Below are positions 19,029 through 29,139 of a stretch of 36,189 nucleotides of DNA, piece by piece. The translations under genes were made by a program, and so were the position numbers. The notes beneath the pieces are model-generated. The model saw only the letters and a list, made by a program, of their open reading frames with translations. It was not told the DNA's origin and ran no database searches. Every line of letters begins with the position of its first letter. The stretch's first letter is position 1. This DNA is from Gammaproteobacteria bacterium (GTDB lineage: Bacteria > Pseudomonadota > Gammaproteobacteria > Pseudomonadales > Pseudomonadaceae): the NCBI GenBank assembly GCA_012513235.1, contig JAAZCO010000347.1, positions 1 through 36,189 on the forward strand, given 5' to 3'.

Positions 19029-19694
19029 ATGACTTACCCTTCACCACACACAGACAACACAGCGAGTAACTGCTGGGCTCTGATTCCGCTCAAAACACCG
19101 GGACTGGGCAAAACGCGTCTCAGTGGTCATCTGAGCTCAGATGACCGTAAACAGTTAGTCGAGACGATGCTCGCTGGAGTGATTGAGGCGCTGAGGGCAA
19201 GTCGCCTAGTGGACCATATTGCCATCGTCAGCCTGAGCGCAGAACACTGTCCAGCAGGAGTTTTGCACATCAGTGACCCAGGCAAAGATTTAAACGACGC
19301 ACTGACCTATGCCAGCCAACAACTGCAGATAATCGGTGCGCGTGAATTGCTAATCATTCACGCAGATTTACCCTTAATCGACAGTCGCGATATCGATTCA
19401 TTTATCAAGGCTGGCCGCCAGCAACAGATCGCCCTAGCCAGCGATCATCACGGTATGGGCACCAATGCGATTTATTTGCGCCAGCCGGAAAATTTCACCT
19501 TTAATTTTGGTCACGGCAGCCTTGCCCGTCACCTGCGCCAAGCCGAAGAACGTGGCCTGCAGCCTGCTTTGAGCCAAGCGCGCGGACTGCAGTTTGATTT
19601 GGACACTGAGCAGGACTTGCACTGCCTCAATACGATCAATCTGCCGCACAGCCGCCCTCAACCACCTGCGCACTGGAGTCTATCCCATGCATAA
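19029..19694 (+). CDS. cofC: 2-phospho-L-lactate/PEP guanylyltransferase CofC (FbiD)
   Basis: Motifs IPLK...GKTRLS, DLNDAL, IIHADLP, GMGTNA, FGHGSL and FDLDT. Confidence 0.93.
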   Translation: MTYPSPHTDNTASNCWALIPLKTPGLGKTRLSGHLSSDDRKQLVETMLAGVIEALRASRLVDHIAIVSLSAEHCPAGVLHISDPGKDLNDALTYASQQLQIIGARELLIIHADLPLIDSRDIDSFIKAGRQQQIALASDHHGMGTNAIYLRQPENFTFNFGHGSLARHLRQAEERGLQPALSQARGLQFDLDTEQDLHCLNTINLPHSRPQPPAHWSLSHA

Positions 19695-22098
19695 TCAAAG
19701 TCTCCTGTTACTGAACCAAGCGCGCTCAGGCATTTCATTGACGGCAGATGAAGTTCATCTCCTAGCAACGCACGCACCAACCTATGAGCTGATGAGCTGC
19801 GCGCAAGACTTGACCATCCAAGGCCACGGCCGTCGTATGGGTTACTCACGTAAAGTGTTTATTCCGCTGACCCGTCTGTGCCGCAACCACTGCGGTTACT
19901 GCACCTTTGCCACCTCACCGAAAAAAGTATCCAGCCCTTACTTAAGCGCAGATGAAGTGCTCGAGATTGCTCGAGCTGGCGCACAAACGGGCTGCCATGA
20001 AGCCTTATTTACACTCGGCGAACGCCCAGAGCTACGCTACCCACAAGCGCAAGCGGCGTTGGAAGAAATGGGTTACAGCACTACTTTTGAATATGTCGCT
20101 GCTATGGCTGAGCTGGTCTTTAAAGAAACCGGCCTGATGCCACATATCAACCCAGGCACCATGACTCGTGAAGAAATGGCTCCCTTACGTAAAGTATCGG
20201 CCTCGCTGGGCATTATGTTGGAGTCCACCGCCGAGCGTTTACATGAGCGCGGCGGCCCGCACTGGCGCTGCCCTGACAAACTGCCACAAGTGCGACTGGA
20301 TACATTGCGCTACGCCGGTGAACTATCAGTGGCGATTACCTCAGGCATTTTAATTGGTATTGGTGAAACTCGAGCAGAGCGTATTGATGCCCTATTAGCC
20401 CTGCGTGAACTGCATCAGGCATACGGCCATATTCAAGAGCTGATTATTCAAAACTTCCGCGCTAAGGCCGGCACCATTATGGTGAATGCTCCAGAACCTA
20501 CGATTGCCGATCAAGCTTGGACGATTGCCATGGCGCGGGTGATTTTTGGCGCTCAAATGTCCATTCAAGCACCGCCTAACTTACGCCCAGATGAGCTGAC
20601 GCAACTGGTACAAGCAGGCATTAACGACTGGGGCGGCATTTCACCTGTTACTTTAGATCACGTCAATCCAGAAGCGGCGTGGCCACAAATTGATAAGCTC
20701 GCAGCGGATACTGCAGGCTTTGGTCGCCACCTGGTACAACGCTTACCGCTGATCCCGGCCTATGTCCGCGAACTCGAAAAGTGGGTGGATCCAGTGATGG
20801 CGACAGCCATTCGTCATGCCGCCGATGCCCGTGGTTTTGCCCGCAGCAACGACTGGTACGCCGGCCGTGGTGATGCGCCAGACGCCGCTACTGTCGCGCT
20901 CTTAAGTGACGCGACCATCGCCTTTGCCTCAGCAGAAATCGCCCGCATTATTAAGCGCGCCAAAACTGGCGAAGCATTAAGTGAGGCTGAAGTCACGCAG
21001 CTGTTTTATGTGGAAGGCAGCGATTTAAGCGCGGTAGTGCAAGCGGCCAATAGCCTGCGCAAAGCCACTGTGGGCGAAAAGATCACCTACGCGCGCAACT
21101 GCAATATCAACTACACCAATGTGTGCCAATACCGCTGTGGTTTCTGCGCCTTTGCCAAAGGCAGCACCGCGGTGAACTTGCGCGGCCCCGCCTATGTGCT
21201 GGATGCCGAGCAAGTGGCCGAGCGCGCACAAGAAGCCTGGGATCGCGGCGCCACTGAAGTGTGCATGCAAGGCGGTATTCACCCGCACTACGACGGCAAT
21301 ACTTATCTAGGCCTAGTAGCTGCAGTTAAACAAGCCGTACCTGATATGCATGTCCACGCCTTTTCACCGTTAGAGGTTTTGCACGGTGCAGAGACTTTGG
21401 GTCTGAGCCTGACACAATACCTACAAAAACTGTATGACGCTGGCTTACGCTCACTGCCCGGTACTGCAGCAGAGATTCTCGACGACGAAGTGCGCGATAT
21501 TATTTGCCCCGACAAACTCAACACCGCGCAGTGGCTCGAAGTGATGGAAGCCGCGCACGGCGTCGGTATTCGCAGCACCGCGACTTTAATGTTTGGCCAC
21601 GTTGAACGCCCAGAGCACTGGGCGCGTCACTTGCTGCGCATCCGTACCTTACAAGCAAAAACCGGCGGCTTTACGGAGTTTGTGCCTTTGCCCTTTGTGC
21701 ACATGGAATCACCGATTTGGCACAAAGGCCTCGCCCGCTCAGGCCCAAGCTTGCGTGAAGGCGTATTAATGCATGCCATCAGCCGCTTAGTGCTGCACAC
21801 CTTGATCCCGAACATTCAAACTTCGTGGGTAAAAATGGGCCGTGAAGGCGCTGCTTTATGCCTGCAAGCCGGTGCCAATGATCTAGGCGGCACGCTGATG
21901 TATGAATCCATCACGCGTGCAGCCGGTGGCAGTAACGGTCAGTTACTCAATGACCCTGAACTGCTCGCCATCACCGCATCGGTAGAGCGTCCACTGCACC
22001 AACGCACCACGCTCTACCAGCCAGTTTCACAACCTATACGTATTCCAGTGTATGAGATGTCCTCTCCAGCACCGCAACTCAGTAGCCAGCTAGGCTAA
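19687..22098 (+). CDS. fbiC: Fused FO synthase FbiC (CofG-CofH), two radical-SAM domains
   Basis: Start ATG 19687 (RBS GGAG, 8-nt overlap with cofC). Two CxxxCxxC motifs (CRNHCGYC and CQYRCGFC), plus YSRKVFIPLT, GINDWGGISP, PGTAAEIL and GANDLGGTLM. Confidence 0.95.
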   Translation: MHNQSLLLLNQARSGISLTADEVHLLATHAPTYELMSCAQDLTIQGHGRRMGYSRKVFIPLTRLCRNHCGYCTFATSPKKVSSPYLSADEVLEIARAGAQTGCHEALFTLGERPELRYPQAQAALEEMGYSTTFEYVAAMAELVFKETGLMPHINPGTMTREEMAPLRKVSASLGIMLESTAERLHERGGPHWRCPDKLPQVRLDTLRYAGELSVAITSGILIGIGETRAERIDALLALRELHQAYGHIQELIIQNFRAKAGTIMVNAPEPTIADQAWTIAMARVIFGAQMSIQAPPNLRPDELTQLVQAGINDWGGISPVTLDHVNPEAAWPQIDKLAADTAGFGRHLVQRLPLIPAYVRELEKWVDPVMATAIRHAADARGFARSNDWYAGRGDAPDAATVALLSDATIAFASAEIARIIKRAKTGEALSEAEVTQLFYVEGSDLSAVVQAANSLRKATVGEKITYARNCNINYTNVCQYRCGFCAFAKGSTAVNLRGPAYVLDAEQVAERAQEAWDRGATEVCMQGGIHPHYDGNTYLGLVAAVKQAVPDMHVHAFSPLEVLHGAETLGLSLTQYLQKLYDAGLRSLPGTAAEILDDEVRDIICPDKLNTAQWLEVMEAAHGVGIRSTATLMFGHVERPEHWARHLLRIRTLQAKTGGFTEFVPLPFVHMESPIWHKGLARSGPSLREGVLMHAISRLVLHTLIPNIQTSWVKMGREGAALCLQAGANDLGGTLMYESITRAAGGSNGQLLNDPELLAITASVERPLHQRTTLYQPVSQPIRIPVYEMSSPAPQLSSQLG

Positions 22099-22139
22099 CC
22101 CCAAACAAATAATTATAACAATCAATCACGAGGTGCCCG

Positions 22140-23039
22140 ATGTCACTCACACACTTACAACGGCTTGAAGCCGAAAGTATTCAAATCATCCGCGAGGTGG
22201 TCGCCGAGACAGAAAATCCGGTGATGCTCTACTCCGTAGGTAAAGACAGTGCAGTGATGCTGCACTTGGCGCGTAAAGCTTTTTACCCTGCCGTACCTCC
22301 TTTTCCGTTAATGCAGGTGGATACCCGCTGGAAATTTAAGGAAATGTACTCGTTTCGCGACAAGATGGTGAAAGATGTGGGTATGGAGTTGATCGTACAT
22401 ATCAACCCAGACGGCATCGCTCAGGATATCAACCCCTTTACCCACGGCTCATCGGTGCACACCGATATTATGAAAACCGAGGGCCTTAAGCAGGCGCTAG
22501 ATAAGTACGGTTTTGATGCCGCCTTTGGTGGCGCCCGTCGTGACGAAGAGAAGTCGCGTGCTAAAGAACGCGTGTTCTCTTTCCGTACCGCGCAACACCG
22601 CTGGGACCCAAAGAATCAGCGCCCAGAACTGTGGAAGCTGTACAACACCCGTAAAAACAAAGGCGAATCCATCCGCGTCTTCCCGATTTCCAACTGGACT
22701 GAGCTGGATATTTGGCAATACATCCACCTGGAAGGCATTCCGATTGTGCCTTTGTACTACTCAGCAGAACGCCCAGTGGTTGAGCGCGACGGTAACTTGA
22801 TCATGGTGGATGACGAGCGTATGCCGCTTAACCCAGGTGAAGTGCCGATGATGAAAAAAGTGCGTTTCCGCACGCTTGGCTGCTACCCACTGACCGGTGC
22901 AGTTGAGTCAGAGGCCGACACCTTGCCTGAAATTATCCAAGAAATGCTCTTGACCACAACGTCAGAGCGTCAAGGCCGAGCGATCGACCATGATTCATCC
23001 GCCTCAATGGAAAAGAAAAAACAAGAGGGGTACTTCTGA
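22140..23039 (+). CDS. cysD: Sulfate adenylyltransferase subunit 2 (CysD/NodP)
   Basis: Motifs [32 protein letters not shown] and [10 protein letters not shown]. Confidence 0.97.
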   Translation: MSLTHLQRLEAESIQIIREVVAETENPVMLYSVGKDSAVMLHLARKAFYPAVPPFPLMQVDTRWKFKEMYSFRDKMVKDVGMELIVHINPDGIAQDINPFTHGSSVHTDIMKTEGLKQALDKYGFDAAFGGARRDEEKSRAKERVFSFRTAQHRWDPKNQRPELWKLYNTRKNKGESIRVFPISNWTELDIWQYIHLEGIPIVPLYYSAERPVVERDGNLIMVDDERMPLNPGEVPMMKKVRFRTLGCYPLTGAVESEADTLPEIIQEMLLTTTSERQGRAIDHDSSASMEKKKQEGYF

Positions 23040-24946
23040 TGTCCAACGTATCTGAGCTGATTTCCAGCGATATTAATCAATATTTAAAAATGCACGAACA
23101 CAAAAGCCTGCTGCGCTTTATTACCTGCGGCAGTGTCGATGACGGCAAAAGTACCCTGATCGGTCGTTTATTGTTTGAATCAAAAATGTTGTTTGAAGAT
23201 CAACTTGCGGCTGTCGAAGCCGACTCGCGCAAGTTTGGTACTCAAGGTGAAGAACTAGACTTGGCGCTGCTGGTTGACGGTCTTGCCGCTGAGCGTGAGC
23301 AAGGCATCACCATTGATGTGGCCTATCGTTTTTTCTCCACCGATAAGCGCAAGTTTATCGTTGCTGACACACCAGGCCACGAGCAATACACCCGTAATAT
23401 GATCACCGGTGCGTCAACTGCTGATGCGGCAATTATGATGGTTGATGCGCGTAAAGGCTTACTGCCACAAACCCGCCGTCATAGCTATTTAGTGTCGCTG
23501 CTGGGCATTCGCCATATTGTTGTGGCCATCAATAAGATGGACTTAGTCGAGTACTCCGAAGCTGCTTATAACAGCATAGTGCAAGACTACACTGAACTGG
23601 CTGATCACCTTGGCTTAGAGAATGTCACCTTTATTCCGATGTCAGCGTTTAAAGGGGAAAACATTACTGAGCCCAGTGCAAAAATGCCATGGTACACAGG
23701 TCCAGCACTGATGGACTTCTTGGAAAATGCAGAAGTTGACGAAGACGCTCACCTCAACGCGCCATTTCGCATGCAAGTACAGTGGGTCAACCGCCCCAAC
23801 TTAGACTTCCGTGGTTTCACCGGCACCATCGCTAGCGGCAAAATCCGCCCAGGCGACCGTATCCGTGTGCAACCGTCCGGACATGAAAGCACCATCGCGC
23901 GTATCGTGACTATGGATGGCGATTTAGACGAAGCCATCGTCGGTCAATCCATTACTCTGACGACAACGGACGAGATTGATATCTCACGTGGTGATGTGAT
24001 CTCAACCGTTGCCGCGCCTGCAGAAATTGCTGATCAGTTTGAAGTCACTGTCAACTGGATGCACGCAGAACCCTTGCTGCCTGGCCGTCCGTACTTGATG
24101 AAAATTGGCACTCGGACCGTCACCGCATCCATCACTGATATTAAATACCAAGTTAACGTCAATACGCGCCAGCATATGCCCGCTAAAACCCTAGAGCTCA
24201 ATGATATTGGCGTATGTAATATCAGCTTAGACCGCGCCATTGCCTTTGATCCCTACAAGCAAAACCGCGACATGGGCAGCTTTATTCTGATTGATCGCCT
24301 GAGCAACAACACCATTGGTGCCGGCATGATCAACTTCGCCTTGCGCCGCTCGCACAATATTCATATGCAGCCGGTTGATGTGGATAAAAGTGCTCGCACC
24401 CGTATTAAAGGGCAGAAAAGTGCTGTGCTGTGGTTTACCGGATTATCTGGCTCGGGCAAATCAAGCATTGCTAATGCGGTAGAGAAACGTCTGCATGCAA
24501 TGGGTCACCATACTTACCTGCTCGACGGTGACAACGTACGCCATGGCCTCAATAAAGATCTAGGTTTTACTGATGCCGACCGTGTTGAAAACATTCGCCG
24601 CATTGCTGAGGTCTCTAAGCTGATGGTCGATGCTGGACTGATTGTACTTAGCGCCTTTATCTCACCCTTCCGTGCTGAACGTGATATGGCGCGCAATATG
24701 CTGCAAGACAATGAGTTTATTGAAATCCACGTCGACACCCCATTAGCTATCGCCGAAGAGCGTGATGTTAAAGGTCTCTACCGCAAAGCGCGTGCAGGAG
24801 AACTAACCAACTTCACGGGCATTGATTCGCCTTACGAAATTCCAGAGTCACCCGAACTGCGCATCGACACTTCAAACACGCAGATCGAAGCGGCCGTTGA
24901 GCAAATCATTGCGGTTCTGCGCGAACGCAAAATCCTACCCCAGTAA
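23039..24946 (+). CDS. cysN: Bifunctional sulfate adenylyltransferase subunit 1 / APS kinase (CysNC/NodQ)
   Basis: GTPase motifs [23 protein letters not shown] and NKMD. The C-terminal APS kinase has [20 protein letters not shown] and [14 protein letters not shown] overlap with cysD. Confidence 0.97.
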   Translation: MSNVSELISSDINQYLKMHEHKSLLRFITCGSVDDGKSTLIGRLLFESKMLFEDQLAAVEADSRKFGTQGEELDLALLVDGLAAEREQGITIDVAYRFFSTDKRKFIVADTPGHEQYTRNMITGASTADAAIMMVDARKGLLPQTRRHSYLVSLLGIRHIVVAINKMDLVEYSEAAYNSIVQDYTELADHLGLENVTFIPMSAFKGENITEPSAKMPWYTGPALMDFLENAEVDEDAHLNAPFRMQVQWVNRPNLDFRGFTGTIASGKIRPGDRIRVQPSGHESTIARIVTMDGDLDEAIVGQSITLTTTDEIDISRGDVISTVAAPAEIADQFEVTVNWMHAEPLLPGRPYLMKIGTRTVTASITDIKYQVNVNTRQHMPAKTLELNDIGVCNISLDRAIAFDPYKQNRDMGSFILIDRLSNNTIGAGMINFALRRSHNIHMQPVDVDKSARTRIKGQKSAVLWFTGLSGSGKSSIANAVEKRLHAMGHHTYLLDGDNVRHGLNKDLGFTDADRVENIRRIAEVSKLMVDAGLIVLSAFISPFRAERDMARNMLQDNEFIEIHVDTPLAIAEERDVKGLYRKARAGELTNFTGIDSPYEIPESPELRIDTSNTQIEAAVEQIIAVLRERKILPQ

Positions 24947-25003
24947 ACAGGACGCCCTGCGCTGCTTAATAGGCTGCGCAGGCTATTTATCAGGAGATGA
25001 TGC

Positions 25004-25777
25004 ATGAATAACACCAACCTTGATTCATTGCTGCAAGCACTTATTCCTATTGTCCGCGCTGCTGGCGAGAGCATTATGGACATTTACGCAGGCGATATTA
25101 AAGTCCGCAGCAAAGACGATTCATCCCCAGTCACCGAAGCCGATGAGCGTGCTGAAGCAGTGATCCTGCCCGCTTTACAGGCACTGGACACCTCGATTCC
25201 TATTGTCTCTGAAGAACAAGCCAGCGCAGGCCATATTCCTGAAACTGGCAAGCGCTTCTGGCTGGTTGATCCGCTGGATGGCACCAAAGAATTTATTAAC
25301 CGCAACGGCGAGTTCACCGTCAACGTGGCCTTGATCGAAGATGGTGTACCGATATTGGGTGTTGTATTAGCGCCTGCACTGGACCGACTTTTTGCCGGTG
25401 CACGTGGCTTAGGTGCTTTTGTTGAGTCCACCGGTGAGCGTCGCTCGATCAACTGCCGCCAAATACCAGCAGCAGGCCTCACTGTAGTTGCCAGCCGCTC
25501 ACATGGTGACGCCAGCGCCTTAGAAGCTTTCCTGAATGGTCGCAAAGTCGCTAGCCAATCCAGCGCCGGTTCATCATTGAAACTGTGTTTGGTGGCCGCT
25601 GGCGAAGCTGATGTCTATCCACGCTTAGGCCGCACTATGGAGTGGGATATTGCTGCGGGTGACGCAGTACTGCGTGCTGCTGGCGGGCGCTTAGTCACAC
25701 TGGATGAGCAAACCATGATCTACGGTAAACCTGACTTTGCCAATCCACACTTTGCAGCCTGGGGCTTAGCGTCTTAA
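25004..25777 (+). CDS. cysQ: 3'(2'),5'-bisphosphate nucleotidase CysQ (PAP phosphatase)
   Basis: Motifs SPVTEAD, VSEE, WLVDPLDGTKEF, GSSLK and TMEWDIAAG. Confidence 0.95.
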   Translation: MNNTNLDSLLQALIPIVRAAGESIMDIYAGDIKVRSKDDSSPVTEADERAEAVILPALQALDTSIPIVSEEQASAGHIPETGKRFWLVDPLDGTKEFINRNGEFTVNVALIEDGVPILGVVLAPALDRLFAGARGLGAFVESTGERRSINCRQIPAAGLTVVASRSHGDASALEAFLNGRKVASQSSAGSSLKLCLVAAGEADVYPRLGRTMEWDIAAGDAVLRAAGGRLVTLDEQTMIYGKPDFANPHFAAWGLAS

Positions 25778-25795
25778 CCTCGGTGCAGACGCCCA

Positions 25796-25813
25796 TAGAC
25801 CGAATGAACGACT
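25796..25813 (+). promoter_or_regulatory. Degenerate copy of the 18-bp upstream box
   Basis: TAGACCGAATGAACGACT, 60-66 bp upstream of the TetR start. Confidence 0.45.
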
Positions 25814-25872
25814 CACTGACTTATGTATTAGGCTGCATTAATAGTCATCTATAAACCCATAAAAAAATAGGA

Positions 25873-26538
25873 ATGATTATGTCGTCACGCTCATCCAGCC
25901 TTAGAAGGCAACCCACCCAGTCTCGTGCCGAAGCAACGCTGCGCGCTATTCGTGAGGCTTGCCTGAAGATACTGGAAGAAGAAGGCCTAAAGCGCCTAAC
26001 GACCAATCGTATCGCTGAAGTGGCCGGTGTCAGCATTGGCAGCTTGTATCAGTACTATGCCGACAAACATGCAATTGCTGCAGATATTTGCGATGAGCTG
26101 CTAACCGCAGAACTCAGTGAAGTGCGGCGTATTGATCAACACACCTTATCGATAGTGGCCAGCTCGCTGGAAAAAATGATCGCTTTTTTTGTCAGGGAGT
26201 ACATTGCGCGCCACCAACGTTTGTACAGCAAGCTCAAAAGCTTCTATCTAGAAATGCACTGGCACTACAACTACGAGGACTATGTGCATCGCCGTCACCC
26301 ACGCAAACTTAAAGCCGTTGAATGGTTACCCTCAGCACTCGAACAGCACCGCGACTCAATCGGTGTTCGCAACCTCAATCTCGCTGCCACTATGGTGGTT
26401 AATATTCTGGAAGGCACCTTGCACGCCACCTTAGATCATAACGCGGAGTTAATTTTTGACCCTGCATTTGAGCAGGAAATGGTCGCGGTCATTTTGAGCT
26501 ATCTCAAGTTCGCTGATCAGGTTAGCCATCCACTCTAA
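25873..26538 (+). CDS. TetR/AcrR family transcriptional regulator
   Basis: N-terminal HTH RRQPTQSRA...LTTNRIAEVAGVSIGSLYQYYADK. The real start may be ATG 25879. Confidence 0.93.
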   Translation: MIMSSRSSSLRRQPTQSRAEATLRAIREACLKILEEEGLKRLTTNRIAEVAGVSIGSLYQYYADKHAIAADICDELLTAELSEVRRIDQHTLSIVASSLEKMIAFFVREYIARHQRLYSKLKSFYLEMHWHYNYEDYVHRRHPRKLKAVEWLPSALEQHRDSIGVRNLNLAATMVVNILEGTLHATLDHNAELIFDPAFEQEMVAVILSYLKFADQVSHPL

Positions 26539-26552
26539 TAATAAAAAAGGAT

Positions 26553-27731
26553 ATGACTGTGTTTTTCTACTTTGAATTTAAAACGTGGCTGACCATGCTC
26601 AAGCTGGTATCGAAAGAGCCCAATAAAAAACGCCGCAACAGCCTCTATAAACTGTTGTTATTGCGCGTGCCGGCGCGTGCAATTTTTCACAGCATCTGTT
26701 TTATGTTGGATTACATTCTGTTTCCAAAGCTGTGGTTCGTTAAAGTGAAAGAGCCAGTGTTTATCATTGGTCATGCGCGCAGCGGCACCACCCTCGCCCA
26801 CCGTTTGATGTGTGGCGATAAGCGCTTTTCCGCTTTCAAATACTATGAACTACTGCTGCCATCCTTGTTGCAAAAAAAAGCGGTGCACTTGGTGGCTTGG
26901 ATCGATCTCACCTTACTGAATCGTCGCCTGGAGCGCCGTTTAGAGGCCTGGGAAAAGCGTAAATTCGGTCCTACTCAGCACATCCATAAAATGGGTATGA
27001 ATATTCCAGAAGAAGACGATTTAATGTACTTCAACTCCTGTGCTTCAGGTTTCTGGGCCACCAAACTGCCCTATATGGATTCACTGGATTTCTTCCATGT
27101 GGACGAGCGCCCTGCCGCTGAGCGTAAACGTATAATGACGTTTTACCGCAACGTGGTGCGTCGCCAGCTGTATATCAACGGTGATAACAAGATTCACCTC
27201 AGTAAAAACCCCACCTACTGCGGTCGTGTCGGCTCACTAATTGAAGCCTTCCCCGATGCACGCTTTGTGCTGCTATACCGTGACCCACATGAAACTATTC
27301 CCAGCCTACTCAAACTCTTGCACGTGAGTTGGAAGCACCAAGGCAATCAGTCTGCTGAACGCATTGAAAAATCCACCCGCCAAATGATTAACCTATCTTT
27401 TGAGAGCTACACCCACCCACTGGAAGTGCTGGAAAAACACCCCAATGTGCCCTACGCCATTATTGACTACCGCGAACTGACCCGTGCACCTAAAGCGACA
27501 ATTGAGAAAGTGTACAGCGACTTGGGTATGCCCATGTCCGCGGCTTACAGCACGTTTCTGTGCAGCGAAGAAGAGAAAACTCGTAAGCACGAAACCACTC
27601 ACACCTACAGCCTGGAAGAATTCGGTCTGGCGGACAGTGAAATTTATGATCGACTCGCACCTTTGTTTGAGCGCTTTAATTGGGAAAAACAAATCCCCGA
27701 AAATAATAAGAAGGAGTTAAGCAATGTCTAA
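26553..27731 (+). CDS. PAPS-dependent sulfotransferase (Sulfotransfer_3 / mycobacterial Stf3-like)
   Basis: 5'-PSB motif PVFIIGHARSGTT, PEEDD, KNP, and 3'-PB motif LYRDPHETIPS. Located two genes downstream of cysDNCQ. Confidence 0.9.
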   Translation: MTVFFYFEFKTWLTMLKLVSKEPNKKRRNSLYKLLLLRVPARAIFHSICFMLDYILFPKLWFVKVKEPVFIIGHARSGTTLAHRLMCGDKRFSAFKYYELLLPSLLQKKAVHLVAWIDLTLLNRRLERRLEAWEKRKFGPTQHIHKMGMNIPEEDDLMYFNSCASGFWATKLPYMDSLDFFHVDERPAAERKRIMTFYRNVVRRQLYINGDNKIHLSKNPTYCGRVGSLIEAFPDARFVLLYRDPHETIPSLLKLLHVSWKHQGNQSAERIEKSTRQMINLSFESYTHPLEVLEKHPNVPYAIIDYRELTRAPKATIEKVYSDLGMPMSAAYSTFLCSEEEKTRKHETTHTYSLEEFGLADSEIYDRLAPLFERFNWEKQIPENNKKELSNV

Positions 27732-29130
27732 GATTGTCTATAAAGATCCCGCCACAGTCGCTGCAGCAGACAGTTTGCGTGATGCTTGGAATGAGCTGAT
27801 GAGCAACATTGGTGAAGCGCGTAACGCCATTGATGATCCAGAGCTATGGGCACCCCCCGCCTCGCCACGTAACTTAGCGGAAGGTTACCGTTATGTACTG
27901 GGCTATTTATACGGCACTATTGCCCGCGGCCTAGGCCCCACAGTTGAAAACCCCTATTTTGTCCGCGCCATTCAGCCGCTCAATCGCACCACCATCGATA
28001 ACGCCGATGCGATTTATTTAACTGCACCCATTGATGGTCGCCACGCCTATACCATCCGTGGTCGTGCCGGTGACACCAGCCACTGGCGTGGCGAGCAAGC
28101 CCCTAAAGGTGTACGTAAAGCACCGCATTATGTGATTTTTGAAACACCCAGCGGTTTCTCGGGCGACAGTGGCAGCATCAAAGAAGTGAAGCCCGGGTCG
28201 CGGGCCAATAGCGACACGCTCGACACCTCCAAACTTAAAGTTGACGCTGATGGTCGTTTTGAAATCCTGCTAGCGCCGGAAAAACCAGAAGGTTTTACCG
28301 GCAACTTTATGTTTACACGCACCACCCGTACGCGCAAACAAGACGATGGCACTATGCTTGAACGCGAATACTATGCTGAGCAAGTGATGTTGCGCGAGCT
28401 GTTCTGCGACTGGGAACACGAAGACCTGCTGGACTTGTTTATCTACCGCAATGATCTGCTCGGCAAGCCCATCCCCACTTATGACGCTGAAACTGCTGCC
28501 AGCCAAATGCGCCGCATTGGTGAAATCACTCGTAACCAGGTGCATTTTTGGAACGAGTTTTACGCAGTGGTCTGTGAGGCCTACGGCAAGATCGAAGGTG
28601 ATGGCCCCACATTTATGCCACGCAATGACTTTAACAAACCTAACGCAGCATCGCTGGCCACAGCAGGCGGTATGGCGACTAATATTTACTGCGGTGGCAT
28701 GTTTGAATTGGACGAAGACGAGGCGTTAATCCTTGAACTGAACCAGCCCGTTGAACCCGTTTATATTGGTTTCCATCTAGGCAACCTATGGGGCGAGTCG
28801 CTGGAATTTGCCAGCCATCAATCCAGCCTGAATGGCATCCAAGGGCATCGTGATGCTGACAACGTCTATCGCTATGTGGTCTCGCACCAAGATCCGGGTG
28901 TTGCCAACTGGGTGGATACCACAGGTCAACCTGAAGGTTATATGTCAGTGCGCTGGGCCTATCCTGTCAAACCTAAAGAGGACTTGCCTTGGGCCACGGC
29001 CACCAAGGTTAAGTTCAGTGAAATTGCGCAACATATGCCTGCTGACACCAAGTGGGTGACTAGCGAAGAGCGCCAGCAGCAAATTGCGATCCGTCAAGAG
29101 CATGTACAGCGCCGCTACCGCCACCACTAA
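27724..29130 (+). CDS. DUF1214-like protein of the type paired with sulfotransferases
   Basis: 468 aa with EGYRY, DNADAIY..A.IDG...Y.IRG, DADGRFEI.L, W.ESLEF..HQSSLN and DPGVANWVDTTG. Overlaps the sulfotransferase by 8 nt. The family call is from recall. Confidence 0.7.
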   Translation: MSKIVYKDPATVAAADSLRDAWNELMSNIGEARNAIDDPELWAPPASPRNLAEGYRYVLGYLYGTIARGLGPTVENPYFVRAIQPLNRTTIDNADAIYLTAPIDGRHAYTIRGRAGDTSHWRGEQAPKGVRKAPHYVIFETPSGFSGDSGSIKEVKPGSRANSDTLDTSKLKVDADGRFEILLAPEKPEGFTGNFMFTRTTRTRKQDDGTMLEREYYAEQVMLRELFCDWEHEDLLDLFIYRNDLLGKPIPTYDAETAASQMRRIGEITRNQVHFWNEFYAVVCEAYGKIEGDGPTFMPRNDFNKPNAASLATAGGMATNIYCGGMFELDEDEALILELNQPVEPVYIGFHLGNLWGESLEFASHQSSLNGIQGHRDADNVYRYVVSHQDPGVANWVDTTGQPEGYMSVRWAYPVKPKEDLPWATATKVKFSEIAQHMPADTKWVTSEERQQQIAIRQEHVQRRYRHH

Positions 29131-29139
29131 GCATAAGGA

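Noticed and set aside
6442-19686. Long N-terminal extensions given by the ORF track (starts at 6442, 7214, 14899, 14935, 19594)
   Set aside because: They overlap upstream genes or promoter boxes. Downstream starts at 6523, 7322, 14797, 14998 and 19687 have RBS sequences and fit the family N-termini.
22140-24946. Housekeeping cysteine-biosynthesis operon or Nod-factor locus
   Set aside because: There is no cysH/I/J and no nodABC in the window. The neighbouring cysQ and sulfotransferase point to dedicated PAPS supply.
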